Of a stretch of DNA of 64,000 nt, positions 49,161 to 61,654 are shown one piece after another. The position numbers and the translations under genes were made by a program. The notes below the pieces were generated by a model. That model was not told where the DNA came from. It saw only the letters and a program-made list of their open reading frames with translations, and ran no database searches. Where the stretch lies: contig CBFFSA010000001.1 in NCBI GenBank assembly GCA_965644495.1, positions 1,674,001 to 1,738,000 on the forward strand. Direction: 5' to 3'. The DNA is from Perkinsela sp. CCAP 1560/9 (lineage: Eukaryota > Protista > Euglenozoa: Kinetoplastea). Positions within the stretch are counted from its first letter, which is position 1. Every line of letters begins with the position of its first letter.

Positions 49161-51789
49161 AGGACCGAGTTTCGAGATTCGCAACATTGCGCCTTGCACC
49201 CATGTGGATTTGAGACATAATTTGTTTCGACATGGAAGTCTTCTGGACTGCGCAAATCGCATGTTTCTCGTTCCTCAAAAGATCGAGTGACTTGACCTGC
49301 TGTAACGATGGCTGCGATATTTGTGTCGACAGACACTTTCGTTTCATAGAGTTTATCGTCAAAAAAAAACAATCGTTTTGTTTAGGTTGGATTATTTTGC
49401 GTTGACAGAGAAGAAAATGAATGTTTTATGGGTCAGATGATACTAGACTTTGAGATAAAATATTTATAAAACATTTGAATATGTTTGAATCAACTGCTTG
49501 CCAAATTTCTTGACATTACCCTTTCCACCTTTTTTGAATCCTCTTGCCTGTATTGGTCTGTTTGCAAATTTTATAGTTCATGACGCTGCAGAGTATTCGA
49601 CTATACTATACCTATCGATGTATTATATATATTATATATATTATAAACCTTTTATAAGTACCTTTTATATAAACCTTTTATAGGTTTATATACCTATCGA
49701 TTATTCTATATTGATTCGACTATACGTTCGGTACATAACCCTCGGCACTATACGTTGGGCGAATAAATGAGAGAAGATCTTTCTACATCTATAAAAGTAT
49801 TCTTGCCCCACCAAAATAACTTTTTTAGGCTCTTCGTTAAACGCGGTGGTTGTTTTCAACTTAGAAGTCACTCATGCTACGCTCTCCGAGTTGAAAACCA
49901 CCACCGCGTTTAACGAAGAGCCTAAAAAAGAAAATTTAGCCTGGAAAACGGAAAGATTATAGCCAAAAATAGCCGAATTTCGGGTACAATGGGGGTCATT
50001 TTTGGGTATTTTTGCTCTCAAGGCACTAAATCCGACATTTGCGCGTGGGAAATCACTCGCAGGCATGAATGAAAGCCTACCGAACGTATTGGGTAGAGAA
50101 TGCGACTCCAACCATACCATTCTTTCGACACAAAAATGCCCCTTTAGGTCCGAAAAATACTTTTTCACCTTTTTTAGTCAAAAATGGGTCATTTTGGGGG
50201 GCGCACCACAGTTCGAAGAAGTGATACCTTGCGAAAACAACTGCGTAGAAAGCTAGTGTAGGTCCCAAACTATCAAAATGCAACAGGGGAAACGATTTTG
50301 GAAAAATATTTTTTTTGTCATTTTTTTCGCCAAGTTGAAATTTTTTTCAAAATTTTTTTTCCGAAAAAATCCGAACTTAGCGGACCCATCCTGCGGATAC
50401 ACGGGGGGGTCACCCCCGGGTAGGGGGGTGGAAAATGCGCGCCAAGACCCCGGCTACCCTTTCTGCGGTTTTTTTTCGAAAACTAATTTTTTCGAAAAAA
50501 TTTGCTCGACCATGCCCCCCCCCTGGACCCCCCCCTGGACCCCCCCCATGGACCCCCCATTTTTTTCAAATTTTTTTTTCAGTTTTGGACCACCGGAGCC
50601 CCCTTTTATATTTTTTTCTTCTATTATATTACTGTGTTCCTCTTTATATTTTCACTGTTTTCGTTCACTTTTTTTTCAATAATCGAGTGTAGAGCGGTGG
50701 TTTTACAACCACCGCAATCTTCCTCTACGAAAGCAAGCATTGTATTGGCTTTCTGTTCAAGTTATTTATTGAAAAATGTGAGGGATTGCGGGTGTTCATC
50801 TCCGAACCCACACCCAACCCGCGTACTGCATTTGGGGTCAAAATGAACCATTTTAGTCCGAAAAAGTACTTTCAACCTATAGAAGGTTACTTGAAATGTA
50901 GTCTTTTTGCGCTTTGCATGTGCCTAATACTTCTTCTAAATCACTCTTGACTTTTTGCGACTGTTTTTCCGGCACTGTTCTTGGGGGTAAAGTTTTAGTT
51001 AAAAAAGTCCAAAAATTGATTTTTTCCTCTCTTTTTTGACTCTTGTAATGGTAGAACCCACTTCTTCGACCCTAGCACAAACCCTGAAAACGAAAGCTTA
51101 AGGTTTACGCTGCATGTCAGATTTCGAAAATTTCATTACTTCTCCTTTGGTGAGTTTTCTGCTTGGAAGCCTGGATTTTCTGCAAAGTTGACTTGAACTT
51201 GAGAAGGCCTCCGCCGATGCCGAACCCGCACCGAACCCGCGCCTAACACTCGACCCGCAGCCCCTCATGTAAACGAAAACTGTAACAAAACTGTAACGAA
51301 AACTGTGAACAAATCCTACCAGGAATACCAGGAAATCCATGATTTTGTTCTCCTATTCTCTTGAATAGGTCATATGTACTTCCTTTTTGCTCATGATTCT
51401 GCCCAGTCTACTTGTTTGTGCCTCCATGGGGGGCTCTATGGGGGGCATACCGCACCAAAAGTTTTCGATTTTTTTTCGAAACCTACCTGAAAGTTTTGCC
51501 TAATTTTTGTGAAAACTTAGAAGTCACTTATGCTGCGCGCTTCGCGTTGAAAACTACCTCCGCGTTTAACGAAGCGACTAAACAAGAAAAAAAAGTTTTA
51601 ACTAAGATTTTTTTACCCTCTTTTCTGGGAAAATTTACTGTCTCTATACCTAGTTACTGTGCCTATGACGAGTTACTGTGTCGGGGGAGCACATTAAACT
51701 GCACAGGAGTTTACAATAGGGGAAACAGTTTTTTTGACCAATTTTTTCGCCAAGTTGAATTCTTTTTTCAAAAATTGTTTTCCGAAAAA

Positions 51790-53060
51790 TTTACCGCAGG
51801 AACTTGAACTTTCTGCGCTTGTGTCCGATGTTCTAAAAATCTACGCCCCTCGTGGAAGACAGCAATGCCGGCATGTCGGTGGAGAGGTGTGCGTTGTAAT
51901 GAGGCTTCGTTGCATGTGAGTGCAATGGACTGTAACCGAGAAGAATTTTACGCCATTCCTGGTACAGGGAGATATCTACGAGGATCTCTGCAATGGAATG
52001 CCTTGCGTGACACCGTACGTGAGTTTCGCATCTCGGTGAACAAGCATAGCTGCAGGATTATTAATAATTCAGTTCGGTAATAATAATTATTATTAATAGA
52101 TTATTAATAAAATATTATTGGGCTTTTACACTCAAATTTCTCCCCCTTAATTTTGTATCAAACAATATTTTCATGCCGAAAAGTAGCATTGATGAAGATC
52201 TCCTTATGGAGTCGATACTGATGCTTCGAGCATCATTATATGCACCTCAACCTACGCGGGAAGTAGGAGCCTACACCTGACGCAGGTAAATGGGCTGTAC
52301 CAACAACAACTTGTGGAGTGCTGATATCGAGGGCCGGGAAATGCCAAACTCTGTATTTGTATGATGTGTCGCAACGAAAATGATCTTTCTGGATCTCCTC
52401 GCGGTCTTCCCTGGTGCTTCCATCATGCTGCTGCAAATGACGCCGACCATATGTCTACATGCGAGGGATTCCTCATGTGTCACTCGAAGCCCCCCGTGTA
52501 AATGCATATTGAATTATTAATAATATCAATAAATTGAGTTTTTGAATAATAATAATTATTAATAATTATTATTACAAAAATTATTATTGTAGCTATGTGA
52601 ACAAGTTCATCGGGAATGTGCCCCTTTCGGCGTTACCTACCGAAGTTATGTTTTTGGACATGTCGAAAAATTTATTTTGCGGACCGATCGATTTGCATTC
52701 GTTGCCGCTCAAGCTAGAACAAATTTGGTTATGTCACAATACGTTTGTGGGAGGTGCAGACTTGACACGTCTGCCTCCGAATTTAACCGAACTAAAAGCG
52801 GCTTTGAACCAGTTGTGAAATCCGTGATTTATTGCATAACCAGTTTTCCGGACCATTAAACGTGCAGCATTTACCCCCAGCGATGGAAATGATTGACTAC
52901 TGTGATAATTGTTTCAGTGGTTTAGTTTTGTTCGATCGTCTTCCCGAGAAGTTATTCCTAATTGATGTGTCACAGAATTCGGAACTTTATAGCAAACTGC
53001 ACGCTAATACGGTTCCGCCATCGTTGTTCATCAATACTGATGACACCAAGATTTGTAACT
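51790..53060 (+). pseudogene. LRR pseudogene interrupted by TIR element
   Basis: LPQELELSAL..ACRWRGVRC..ISVNK | insert | VNKFIGNVPLSALP..; frameshifts. Confidence 0.85.
52045..52597. mobile_element. P- or hAT-like non-autonomous element
   Basis: TIR CATAGCT(G/A)CA; perfect 8-bp TSD TGAACAAG; AT-rich subterminal repeats. Confidence 0.85.
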
Positions 53061-53186
53061 CGTTTTCAGTAAAAAAAATTGACCCCGTATGGCATGAAAA
53101 ATACGTGCTCTTAAACAGCAACCCCAACAACCCTACACCATCGTACCCCCTTTTCTCTTCCAAACCTTCCTCCCCTCCCCCCCCCC

Positions 53187-53984
53187 ATGGATCCTCCCAC
53201 CCCCCCTCCCCCCCACCGCGCTACCCCCTCCAAAGTTCACGCCTCCCACCTCCCCGCGGAATACGCCCTGTCGCGGTTCATCTCCAACCTTACCCCGGCC
53301 GACCCGTCGTGGACCACAGCCACCCCCGCCTGTGCCTGGGAGGGGGTCTCCTGTAAGGATGAATCACCGCTTCCCCAAGTCACTGCCCTCGACTGGCACG
53401 AGCGCCATCTCACCGGGACCCCGCACTGGGGGGCTCTGCCCTCTACGCTCAACCACTGCAGTCTTTTCGACAACGCTCTCACCGGACCGATCCCTCTCGA
53501 GTCTCTTCCCGCAAAGCTATCCTTTCTGGATGTCTGCTACAATGGGTTCTCGAAAGGGTTGGGGTTAGCCGATCTGCCCTCCGGGGTTGAGATTGTGGAT
53601 TTCGCGTTTAATGGGCTGGAGGGGGGGTTGGAGCTGACCGGGTTGCCCCCCGGACTGCGAGAGTTGTACCTGCAGCATAATGGGTTCTCCGGGGGCGTGG
53701 ATCTCACCCGTTTGCCCACCACTATGCGGTATCTGAATGTGGCAGATAATGCCCTCTCTGGGGGGATTGAGCTGCAGCAGTTGCCGCGGTCGTTGGTTGG
53801 GCTGTATGGGGAGAACAATGAATTCGAGGGGAGGGTCGGGTTTGAGGGGCTGCCGGAGACCCTGCGAACGGTGTCCCTGGAGGGGAACAAGGCGCTTTGC
53901 GGGGCGTTCTCGGTTTCGGGGCTTCACAAGGCGCTGCGAGGGGGGGTGTTGGTGAAGGGGACAAAGATTAAGGCGATGGAATAA
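53187..53984 (+). CDS. LRR protein
   Basis: SKVHASHLPAEYAL, ACAWEGVSC, about 7 LRRs. Confidence 0.9.
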   Translation: MDPPTPPPPHRATPSKVHASHLPAEYALSRFISNLTPADPSWTTATPACAWEGVSCKDESPLPQVTALDWHERHLTGTPHWGALPSTLNHCSLFDNALTGPIPLESLPAKLSFLDVCYNGFSKGLGLADLPSGVEIVDFAFNGLEGGLELTGLPPGLRELYLQHNGFSGGVDLTRLPTTMRYLNVADNALSGGIELQQLPRSLVGLYGENNEFEGRVGFEGLPETLRTVSLEGNKALCGAFSVSGLHKALRGGVLVKGTKIKAME

Positions 53985-54658
53985 GGTACGTTGTGGGATC
54001 GTGGACAAGGAGGAATAGAGAGGAGAGGAGGTAAGTGTCGAGGGGTCTAGTATTGCGAGTGAAATTTGGCCACTTTTGGAGAATCGAGGTTGAAAGAGGG
54101 CGAAAGAGATACGAAGAAACAGATGTAGTGGATTCATTCGACGAAAAGAAATGGTACCCCGATCGTGCGCGAGGAAAGCCTACATTTGCGTTTCCATTCT
54201 CGGAGAGGACTTGGCACAGGCAAGTTAATTGTAGTTCAGTGCAAGGAGGGTGAAATTCATCCGTTGAATGCCTTTTCTAAGGCCCTGGTTAAATACTTGT
54301 CACGGTTAATTTTATTTCTGTATAATTCTGTCCAGCACGCTTCGCCTCAACTATTGATTTCACCTTTTACATTTTTGTATAAAGAATCTTTTTGAAAATT
54401 TTGCCCTACAGGGTTTCACCGGGGAGATGACAAGTCCATCCGGACACGGCGGTGGGCAGCAGTTGTTTTGAGGGAAACGCACAGAAGGGACACGGGGCTT
54501 GTGAGAAATCAGAGGGCTGTACGAGTCACGAGCCCTTGTTTCAGAGACAAGGATATGCACCCCAACAATTCATGTAAGATTCTCACTTCGTGAGAAATCA
54601 ATTCAAATATGTAGGATTTTCTTTTCTTTTGATTTTACTTCATATTCCTGTACTCCAC

Positions 54659-55420
54659 ATGGCAGAGACTTTACTACCACAAAGCCGATTAGGAAAAGCG
54701 CGAGCTCAACTGCCAGAGGAATATAATTTAGCTCAATTTTTAAGCGACGTAGATAACACACATCCTTCGTGGAATAGAGATACTCCCGTATGTGAATGGG
54801 ATCGGGTGAGGTGCAATGCGAGAGGTGAGATTCTCCGGATTGGTTGGACGTCGCTCTCTCTCAGCGGGACGCCACGTTGGGTACATCTTTCAAGTATAAA
54901 ATGCACTGAAATTTTTCTTGCGAACAACAACCTGCTGGGGCAGATCGTGCTGAAATGGTTACCCCCTAATATTATTATATTTAGTGGTAGAGAAAACAAG
55001 TTTGGCGGCAGCATAAATTTGGATGAACTTCCAGAACAGCTAGACACCCTCCATTTAGGGAGGTGCAACCTACACGGGTCTATTTCTCTTCACGCACTGC
55101 CCGCCGCATTCATGTTGCTGCACTTAGAGCACAACAAGCTCTCGGGTTGTCTTGACTTTCGGGCTTTACCGTCCACAATAAAAGTGTTGAACTTCTCAAA
55201 CAACAATTTCTCCGGGCCTGTAGATTTACAAAACCTGCCGTATAACATCATTTTGTGGTTGGATAATAACCCAAATCTCATCGGTGAGTACGATCCGATC
55301 CGTTTTAAAAACCACATAGGAAACGATCGTACTGGAATCAAGAAACTACCGAAAGGAGGATCTCTTGAGTGCTTCTTACCTCTGCGGTACGTTTTTGACT
55401 CTGATGTTTGGGATTTTTAG
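54659..55420 (+). CDS. LRR protein, subfamily E
   Basis: Close paralog of 40529-41290; ATG at 54659. Confidence 0.9.
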   Translation: MAETLLPQSRLGKARAQLPEEYNLAQFLSDVDNTHPSWNRDTPVCEWDRVRCNARGEILRIGWTSLSLSGTPRWVHLSSIKCTEIFLANNNLLGQIVLKWLPPNIIIFSGRENKFGGSINLDELPEQLDTLHLGRCNLHGSISLHALPAAFMLLHLEHNKLSGCLDFRALPSTIKVLNFSNNNFSGPVDLQNLPYNIILWLDNNPNLIGEYDPIRFKNHIGNDRTGIKKLPKGGSLECFLPLRYVFDSDVWDF

Positions 55421-56589
55421 GGAAGCTAAATTCAAATTGTTTTTTAATAGTTTTTTATTGCTATATCCCCCTGGCTTATGAGTTAAGCGTTTTGAGATAA
55501 GAGAACTCATAAGAGACCAGACAGGAGCCCTAGTTATCTGCCCAGGTGGCGTCGTGATATGTTGAAACCGGGAGAGAAGTAGCTTTTTAGGTACGTGTAT
55601 TTTCTGAAATTTGACAAGTTTTACGAATTTTAGACCTCCCCATAGTTAGCTGATCCCTTCCTAAATGGCATGCTAGAATCGAGTACAGTGAGCAAGTCGT
55701 CATGTGGATCGCTAACTAAACCGCGTAATACGTCCACCGCATTGCGGAAAGAAGCCATAAGTGTCGCACGACGTTCTCCAAGATTAGGATTCACAAGACC
55801 CCCTTGCCAAGGCTCGGATTCTCTGAATGGCGAGCCCTGTAGAGTTGGTAGTCCTCTTCCCGTTGTTCGACAGCAAGTGCACGAAACACACCCTTCCGTG
55901 TGTAAACCTTCGCATCCCCACAAAAAGAGTGCGCTAAGTAATTTCTTAACATAATGAGCTGGGTACGTTCCTAATCCTTCATGGCAGTAGTAGCTAAATT
56001 GTTCAAGAAGTGACCAGTGCATGGAATAACATATTCCGAATAAGTCTTTGTTTATGGACTCCTAGTTCATTATGAAACGCGGTCCAATCACTATCTCCGA
56101 GTCAATGAAAGCTTGAAAATGCGGCTCTTAATTCTTCTTCAGTTCCATTTTGTACAATATTGTTGGTAGTAGCACCGTCGACAATCAAATAAGCCCATTT
56201 CAGTATTCTTTCGACACCTAGGCGTCTTCCAATGTCCTCCACTATGGCTATCCCTATATCTTCACCGCTGAAGGCTCCCCTTTTTCGTGATACATCGGAG
56301 GAAGTACCCAACGATCAGGACCAGCCTATAAAACAAGATTTTTTACAAGGATCCGCTTCCAAACAACAAAATAATGACTCGCAGGTTCAACACAAAGACC
56401 TTGCGCGTGAAGAAACGAAACAAAAAGAAGCGAATACGTATATTTTAGAGAAGAATTACCATTTAATCACTTTTTCGCCGTTCTATTTTATACACTGCTT
56501 AAGGCGAGAGTCACAGCTTAATACCGTATTGTCGATTACGTTTTGGAGCAAACGAGACCACGCTTTTAGTACACATCGGACAAATGAAG

Positions 56590-56882
56590 GCTTAGCTATG
56601 AAGGCTAATATAGACCAGACATTTTCTATGGGGGAAAGGTCTGGTGAATTGGGGGGGGGCAATTTTCCAATACATCTTTCATTCTATTTGTAATATACTC
56701 CTTAGAGGTATGGGCGGTGTGCGCCGTAGCCCGATCTTGTTGAAAAATATAATTCTGGGGGAAAGGTACCTTTTTCAGCGTCTCTATGTAGGACGCGCTC
56801 CTGATAGACGAGTCAGAGTCCAGAATAACTAAGTCTTTCCACCCTACTCCTATGGCACCCCAAACTTGGCATCTCGGCGCCC
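56590..56882 (-). pseudogene. Tc1-like transposase fragment
   Basis: Manual translation CQVWGAIG..YIFQQDRATAHT..[frameshift]NSPDLSPIENVW. Confidence 0.8.
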
Positions 56883-57753
56883 AGCGTACTGGTTCCCCAT
56901 AGAAGCAGATTGGGGTGGTTCCCCATGGAAATAGATTAGGGTGGTTCCCGATGGAAATGGATCGGGGTGCAAATGGATTACAGTGTTATATTAATTACGG
57001 CATTATTTAATTATGCTTACCTTAAAAGCGTAGTAAGGAAAGAATTGATGGAATTGTACCTTTGCAAATTTGAAATACCTTGAGGATTATTTGTAGGTTA
57101 TGGGAAAAATACTGTTTGTTTGTACCGTATCAGACACATAAACTCTGAACTTGGAAGTTATAGATGAAAGCTTTCAAGGTGAAAGTTTTAAGCTTTTTAA
57201 CCGACTTTAAGTCGGTCTTATTGGATATTGGATTTATTTTTGTATTTGGATTGGTTCCCCATGTAATCGATTTGGGCGGTTTCCCATTTTTCTTCGACGG
57301 GCACGAAAGGTTACTGTGGGACGTCGTCCTCTCATTAGAAATTGTTGAGGGTAATAAATAATGCTTGACTAAATGAGGGAAACAATAATTTTTTACAACA
57401 ACAACAAAATATTTTGAAATAAGAAATGCATTACGTTCGGCGAGTGCAAAAAAAGCTGCCACGCTTACTAAGAGAGAACCTCATACCGCGGTATTCTTAT
57501 ACGGCATAGGTAGGGCATGTGTAGTCACTTGGATATGCGGAAAACAAAAAAGTTTTAAAAAGAATCAACATGTTCGTGGGATGCGTACCTCCCTAAAAAG
57601 TGTTCAATGCGTTCTATGTGTTCAATGAACAAAAAAAAGTGTTCATAGAACACATAGGTATGTTTTAACTTCTCCCGTTTTTCCCTTCCTTCATAATCGA
57701 TCGACAACCCGTGACTTTTTCACCTAGATTTTTTTCTATCTGTTAGTGTGATT

Positions 57754-58551
57754 ATGTTTCGACTAGGCTACGCGGCCGATGTGGCAAAGGGGAGTCCGGA
57801 GAGCCGACTGCCTGGTCGAGTACGGGGAGCGAGCGTACCCCAAGAATACGAACTCGCGCGGTTCGTTGCTGATATTGAAAACCCATTCCCCTCGTGGAGC
57901 TCCTCGACAGCTGCATGTGAGTGGGAGGGCGTGACCTGTACGGAGGGCAGGGCTACGGAAATCTATTATGGTCTCTGCGGTCTGAGAGGTTCGTTGCGAT
58001 GGAAATTTCTATGCAATACCGTGTGGCAGTTTCGTGGAGACTCGAACAACCTCCGTGGAAGCGTGGAATTGGATCAGTTACCGTCTGCACTTCGAGAATT
58101 GCGCCTGCTCTCCAACAGGTTCACTGGAGAACTGAAGCTGACTCATTTACCGGATACATTGGAAGAACTTTACTTTAACTCAAATTTATTGCAAGGGAGT
58201 GTAGATTTGACATCTCTCCCACCCGCTTTGAAGGTCTTAGAACTCCAGAATAATAATTTTTCCGGCGAAGTGAATCTGAGCAAGTTGCCGTTAAATCTGA
58301 ATGCGCTCAATGTTTCGCAAAATGCCTTTAGTGGACCGTTGATTCTGGAACAGTTGCCTCGTTCGCTTCACTCCTTTTATTGTGAATACAACAAATTTTG
58401 TGGTAGAGTGCAGTTCGGCAGTCATCGGGAAAGCAGTTTGCAGGAAATATACCTCAATGACAACAAAGAGCTTTTCGGAGAACTAGTTCTGAACGAATTC
58501 CCAGAAGAGATGTTTTACAACATCGGGGCCACGAATGTCACTGTTCGATAA
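57754..58551 (+). CDS. LRR protein
   Basis: GRVRGASVPQEYEL, ACEWEGVTC, about 7 LRRs; pyrimidine tract and AG just upstream. Confidence 0.9.
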   Translation: MFRLGYAADVAKGSPESRLPGRVRGASVPQEYELARFVADIENPFPSWSSSTAACEWEGVTCTEGRATEIYYGLCGLRGSLRWKFLCNTVWQFRGDSNNLRGSVELDQLPSALRELRLLSNRFTGELKLTHLPDTLEELYFNSNLLQGSVDLTSLPPALKVLELQNNNFSGEVNLSKLPLNLNALNVSQNAFSGPLILEQLPRSLHSFYCEYNKFCGRVQFGSHRESSLQEIYLNDNKELFGELVLNEFPEEMFYNIGATNVTVR

Positions 58552-58977
58552 AAAAGTGTTCATGGAATAAGTTCAATGTAAATAACAAAGATGAGATGTT
58601 TATAAATTAAATTCGTATATTATTAAATGAAACCGTTGTACGAGGAGAGCTTTTTTACGTACAATATAATTTGTGTCAGCGCAAAGAGAAAAACCGGTCA
58701 TGTGATCGAAAAAAAGATCCAGACTATTAGACTATAATAAATTACTAGATCAAAGAGAAATGAGCAGGATGCATTTTAGTTCATATGTGCGCAGTATCAC
58801 AATACTGCCAGAGCTGTGAAATATGCCATTATTTTCGGAAATTTGATGAAGGTTAATCAATTTTAAACCAAAATCGGTAAGGAATAACTAATCGAGGAAT
58901 AATTTCTTTTATTTTCTTAATTTCTTTGATTTTTACTTCGCTATATTTTTCTGTACTATAATTTCTCCGTACTTCAT

Positions 58978-59739
58978 ATGGTGGACTCCTTTCCTCCACA
59001 CATCCGGTTAGGAAAGGCCCGTGCTAGACTTCCAGAGGAATATCAATTAGCTCAATTCTTGCAAGACATCGACAACACACATGCCTCCTGGACTACGGAC
59101 ACTCCAGCGTGCGAATGGAATGGAGTACATTGCCATGAAAAAGTTGAAATATATAGAATTAGTTGGGTACGGCGCACGCTTCGCGGGACACCCCATTGGA
59201 CACATTTATCAGGTATAAAGTGCAGTGTTCTATATCTTTATAGCAACAAGTTAGAGGGGGCGACCCCCCTGGAATACTTGCCGCCGAATACGGTACGCTT
59301 CATTGCTCGGAAGAACAAATTTAGTGGTTGCATAAATTTGGATAAAATGCCGGAAAACATGTGAAGGTTTGATTTGAGTCGTTGTAACTTACGGGGGTCC
59401 ATTTCTCTTCACGCACTACCTCGTGAGTTAAAGGGGTTACGCTTAAACGACAATCATCTCTCGGGGAGTCTTGACCTTGGAGCTCTGCAGGTTGCCATAG
59501 ACATATTGAACTTATCAAATAACAATTTTTCAGGGCCTGTAAATTTTCAACATCTGTCGTCCAACTTATTTTTATGGTTACGTGGCAATCCAGATCTTGA
59601 AGGCGAGTACGATCCTATAAAGTTTGTCCGTGCACCTAAGATACATGGCACTCAAATCAAGAAACTACCGTCGCGCGCTTCGTATCACTGTTTTTTGCCT
59701 ATCCGATACGTTTTCGATTCCGAGGTCTGGAACTTTTAG
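58978..59739 (+). pseudogene. LRR gene, subfamily E-related, with one in-frame TGA
   Basis: The two ORFs are in the same frame, separated by TGA 59362-59364; same length (762 nt) as 40529-41290. Confidence 0.85.
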
Positions 59740-61096
59740 GAATCTTTCATTCGATTTACGTCTCAATTACGCGATCCGGCTCTTTGCTACCTGATTTCTT
59801 CTTTCTATCGTAACAATATAAAGGTATGGTTGTATTACTATCTTTCTATTGCAACGATAGTATTATCATATTTCCTTTTTATTTTTATTATTATCATACT
59901 GTCCCCCGTACTTATACGCAACCGTTTAACCAGGCCACTTAAGCGCAATTTTGACACATCGTTCAGAAGAACAGCGCCGCAAAGCGGCGGGATTTTTTTT
60001 TGGTACGAATTTTTGTACAGATTTTCGCCGCTGTTGAAATGGAGAGTCTGCAGGTAGTCCCTTTGGGGCGTTCGAGAATTATCTTCATCGATCTCTAGAG
60101 ATCTCCTCTGGTCCACACTGACCACCGATCTGTACGGCGAGTCTTTGCATACTATACTGTACTGTACATCAGAGCAACTCTCCTGCCACGTACTGTACGC
60201 TTTCGAAATGATCCGTGTGCCTTCTGGAACAGTTCCCCATTTTAAAAGTTGAGTTTTAGTAATGACACGATATTTGTATTTTGGTAATAAATGTACTGTT
60301 TAACTTGTGGAAGTAGACCGTAGGTAGAACCGTTGCCGGATTCTAAAAGCCCTTCGTAATATTTGTAAATAATGCGCTTTACATTAGCCGGGACGTCAAC
60401 GCGATAACTGTTATTCTTACCTTCTATTTTTGGACGAGGGTTGCGATATTTGTCCCGAGTCGGTGCTTAGTAGCGCTTCCTGTATGTTCAACTTCTGGGT
60501 TTAAACCACGTACCCATTTAGCATACCCCCCCCCCGGTATATTATCAAGGTATAGGTATGTTATCAAGGTACAGGTAGGTATGTTAAGTAGACTGGTAAT
60601 GAAATAGGAAAGAGAAGAAAATCAATTTCACAGTTAGAACCTGTATCTAAAGATGTACCGCGTGTAGTGCTAAATGCTAAAACATATCAAAATACATCTA
60701 AAAACGCATAAAAGAAACATTTTGTTAAAAAAGTACGTGATATTACGGTTGGATTTTTGTACCGTTGCGCAAAAAAAAGGCGTGGGGCGAGGGGGGAGGT
60801 ATGTTATGTGTCGCAGGCCAGAATGACATACCCCCCCCCCCGGTATGTTATCCAAGGTATACACTGTCTTTCAGCTATAAGTCCCCCCCCCTTTATTTTT
60901 CGGTCGGTCGTCCGTTTGACCTAATTCCTGCGGCAAACGAGAGATCTCGATCCCTAGCCTATCTTTGCCGGTCTTCTTTTTTTGCAAGAACTCAATATAC
61001 GCTTTTGGCACTTAAAATACTGTTCAAAAATGAGATTTTCCAATGTACAGTTAAATTTTCCCCTTTTTTGTCATTGACACTACCCGTTTTATACCC

Positions 61097-61290
61097 ATGG
61101 TGAGGAACCACAGGCCGAGTTACCTCAACTCGGAGCGTACGACGCTAGCAATGCGCATTTCGTTTGTTATTGAACGAAAATCTGGTGCTTCCACCACTTC
61201 CATCTCTAAAAAATATAAAATTGATAAAAAAACGGTACGAAAATGGGTAAAAATCTACGATGGAAAAATAAATGTGTTCAGAGTATTTAA
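61097..61290 (+). pseudogene. Transposase HTH fragment
   Basis: GASTTSISKKYKIDKKTVRKWVKIY; TA-CACTG TIR-like end at about 60860. Confidence 0.5.
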
Positions 61291-61654
61291 AAAGTATGAA
61301 CAAGGTGTTGGAGAACGGGGCGTGGCATATTGGATATTAAGCTTGTCTTTGTGCTATCTTCTTTTCCTGCAGTGATTGTAATTATGGGGTTTTACCCGGT
61401 AAATATATCAAAAAAATAGAATATTTTTTATAGCTGATTGCTAGTGTAGGTATGTTAAACGGGTATGTGGTTTATTAAAACTTCTTGCCTTTCCGATGAC
61501 TCATCTGGGTCATCCTCTTGCTCCCCAATCTCCGAATCTGGTTCTTCAATAATAGGGTTATTCAACAAAGAAAAAGACCCATCAAAATCATCAGCCACCT
61601 CTTCTGGAACTTCATCTGCGGTCGTGAAGACTTCCAGAAACTGATTAATGTTGG

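Noticed and set aside
48488-49455. TIRs of IS30 copy 2
   Set aside because: Only patchy AAAGTC..CTGA similarity; ends not definable.
55630-56311. hAT transposase remnant (IVDGATTN)
   Set aside because: Only one weak motif; not enough to call.
46989-59364. Stop-codon reassignment (UGA as Trp)
   Set aside because: One TGA sits at a conserved Trp, but in a decayed TE; intact genes use TGG for Trp and end in TGA, TAA or TAG; other premature stops are TAA and TAG point mutations.
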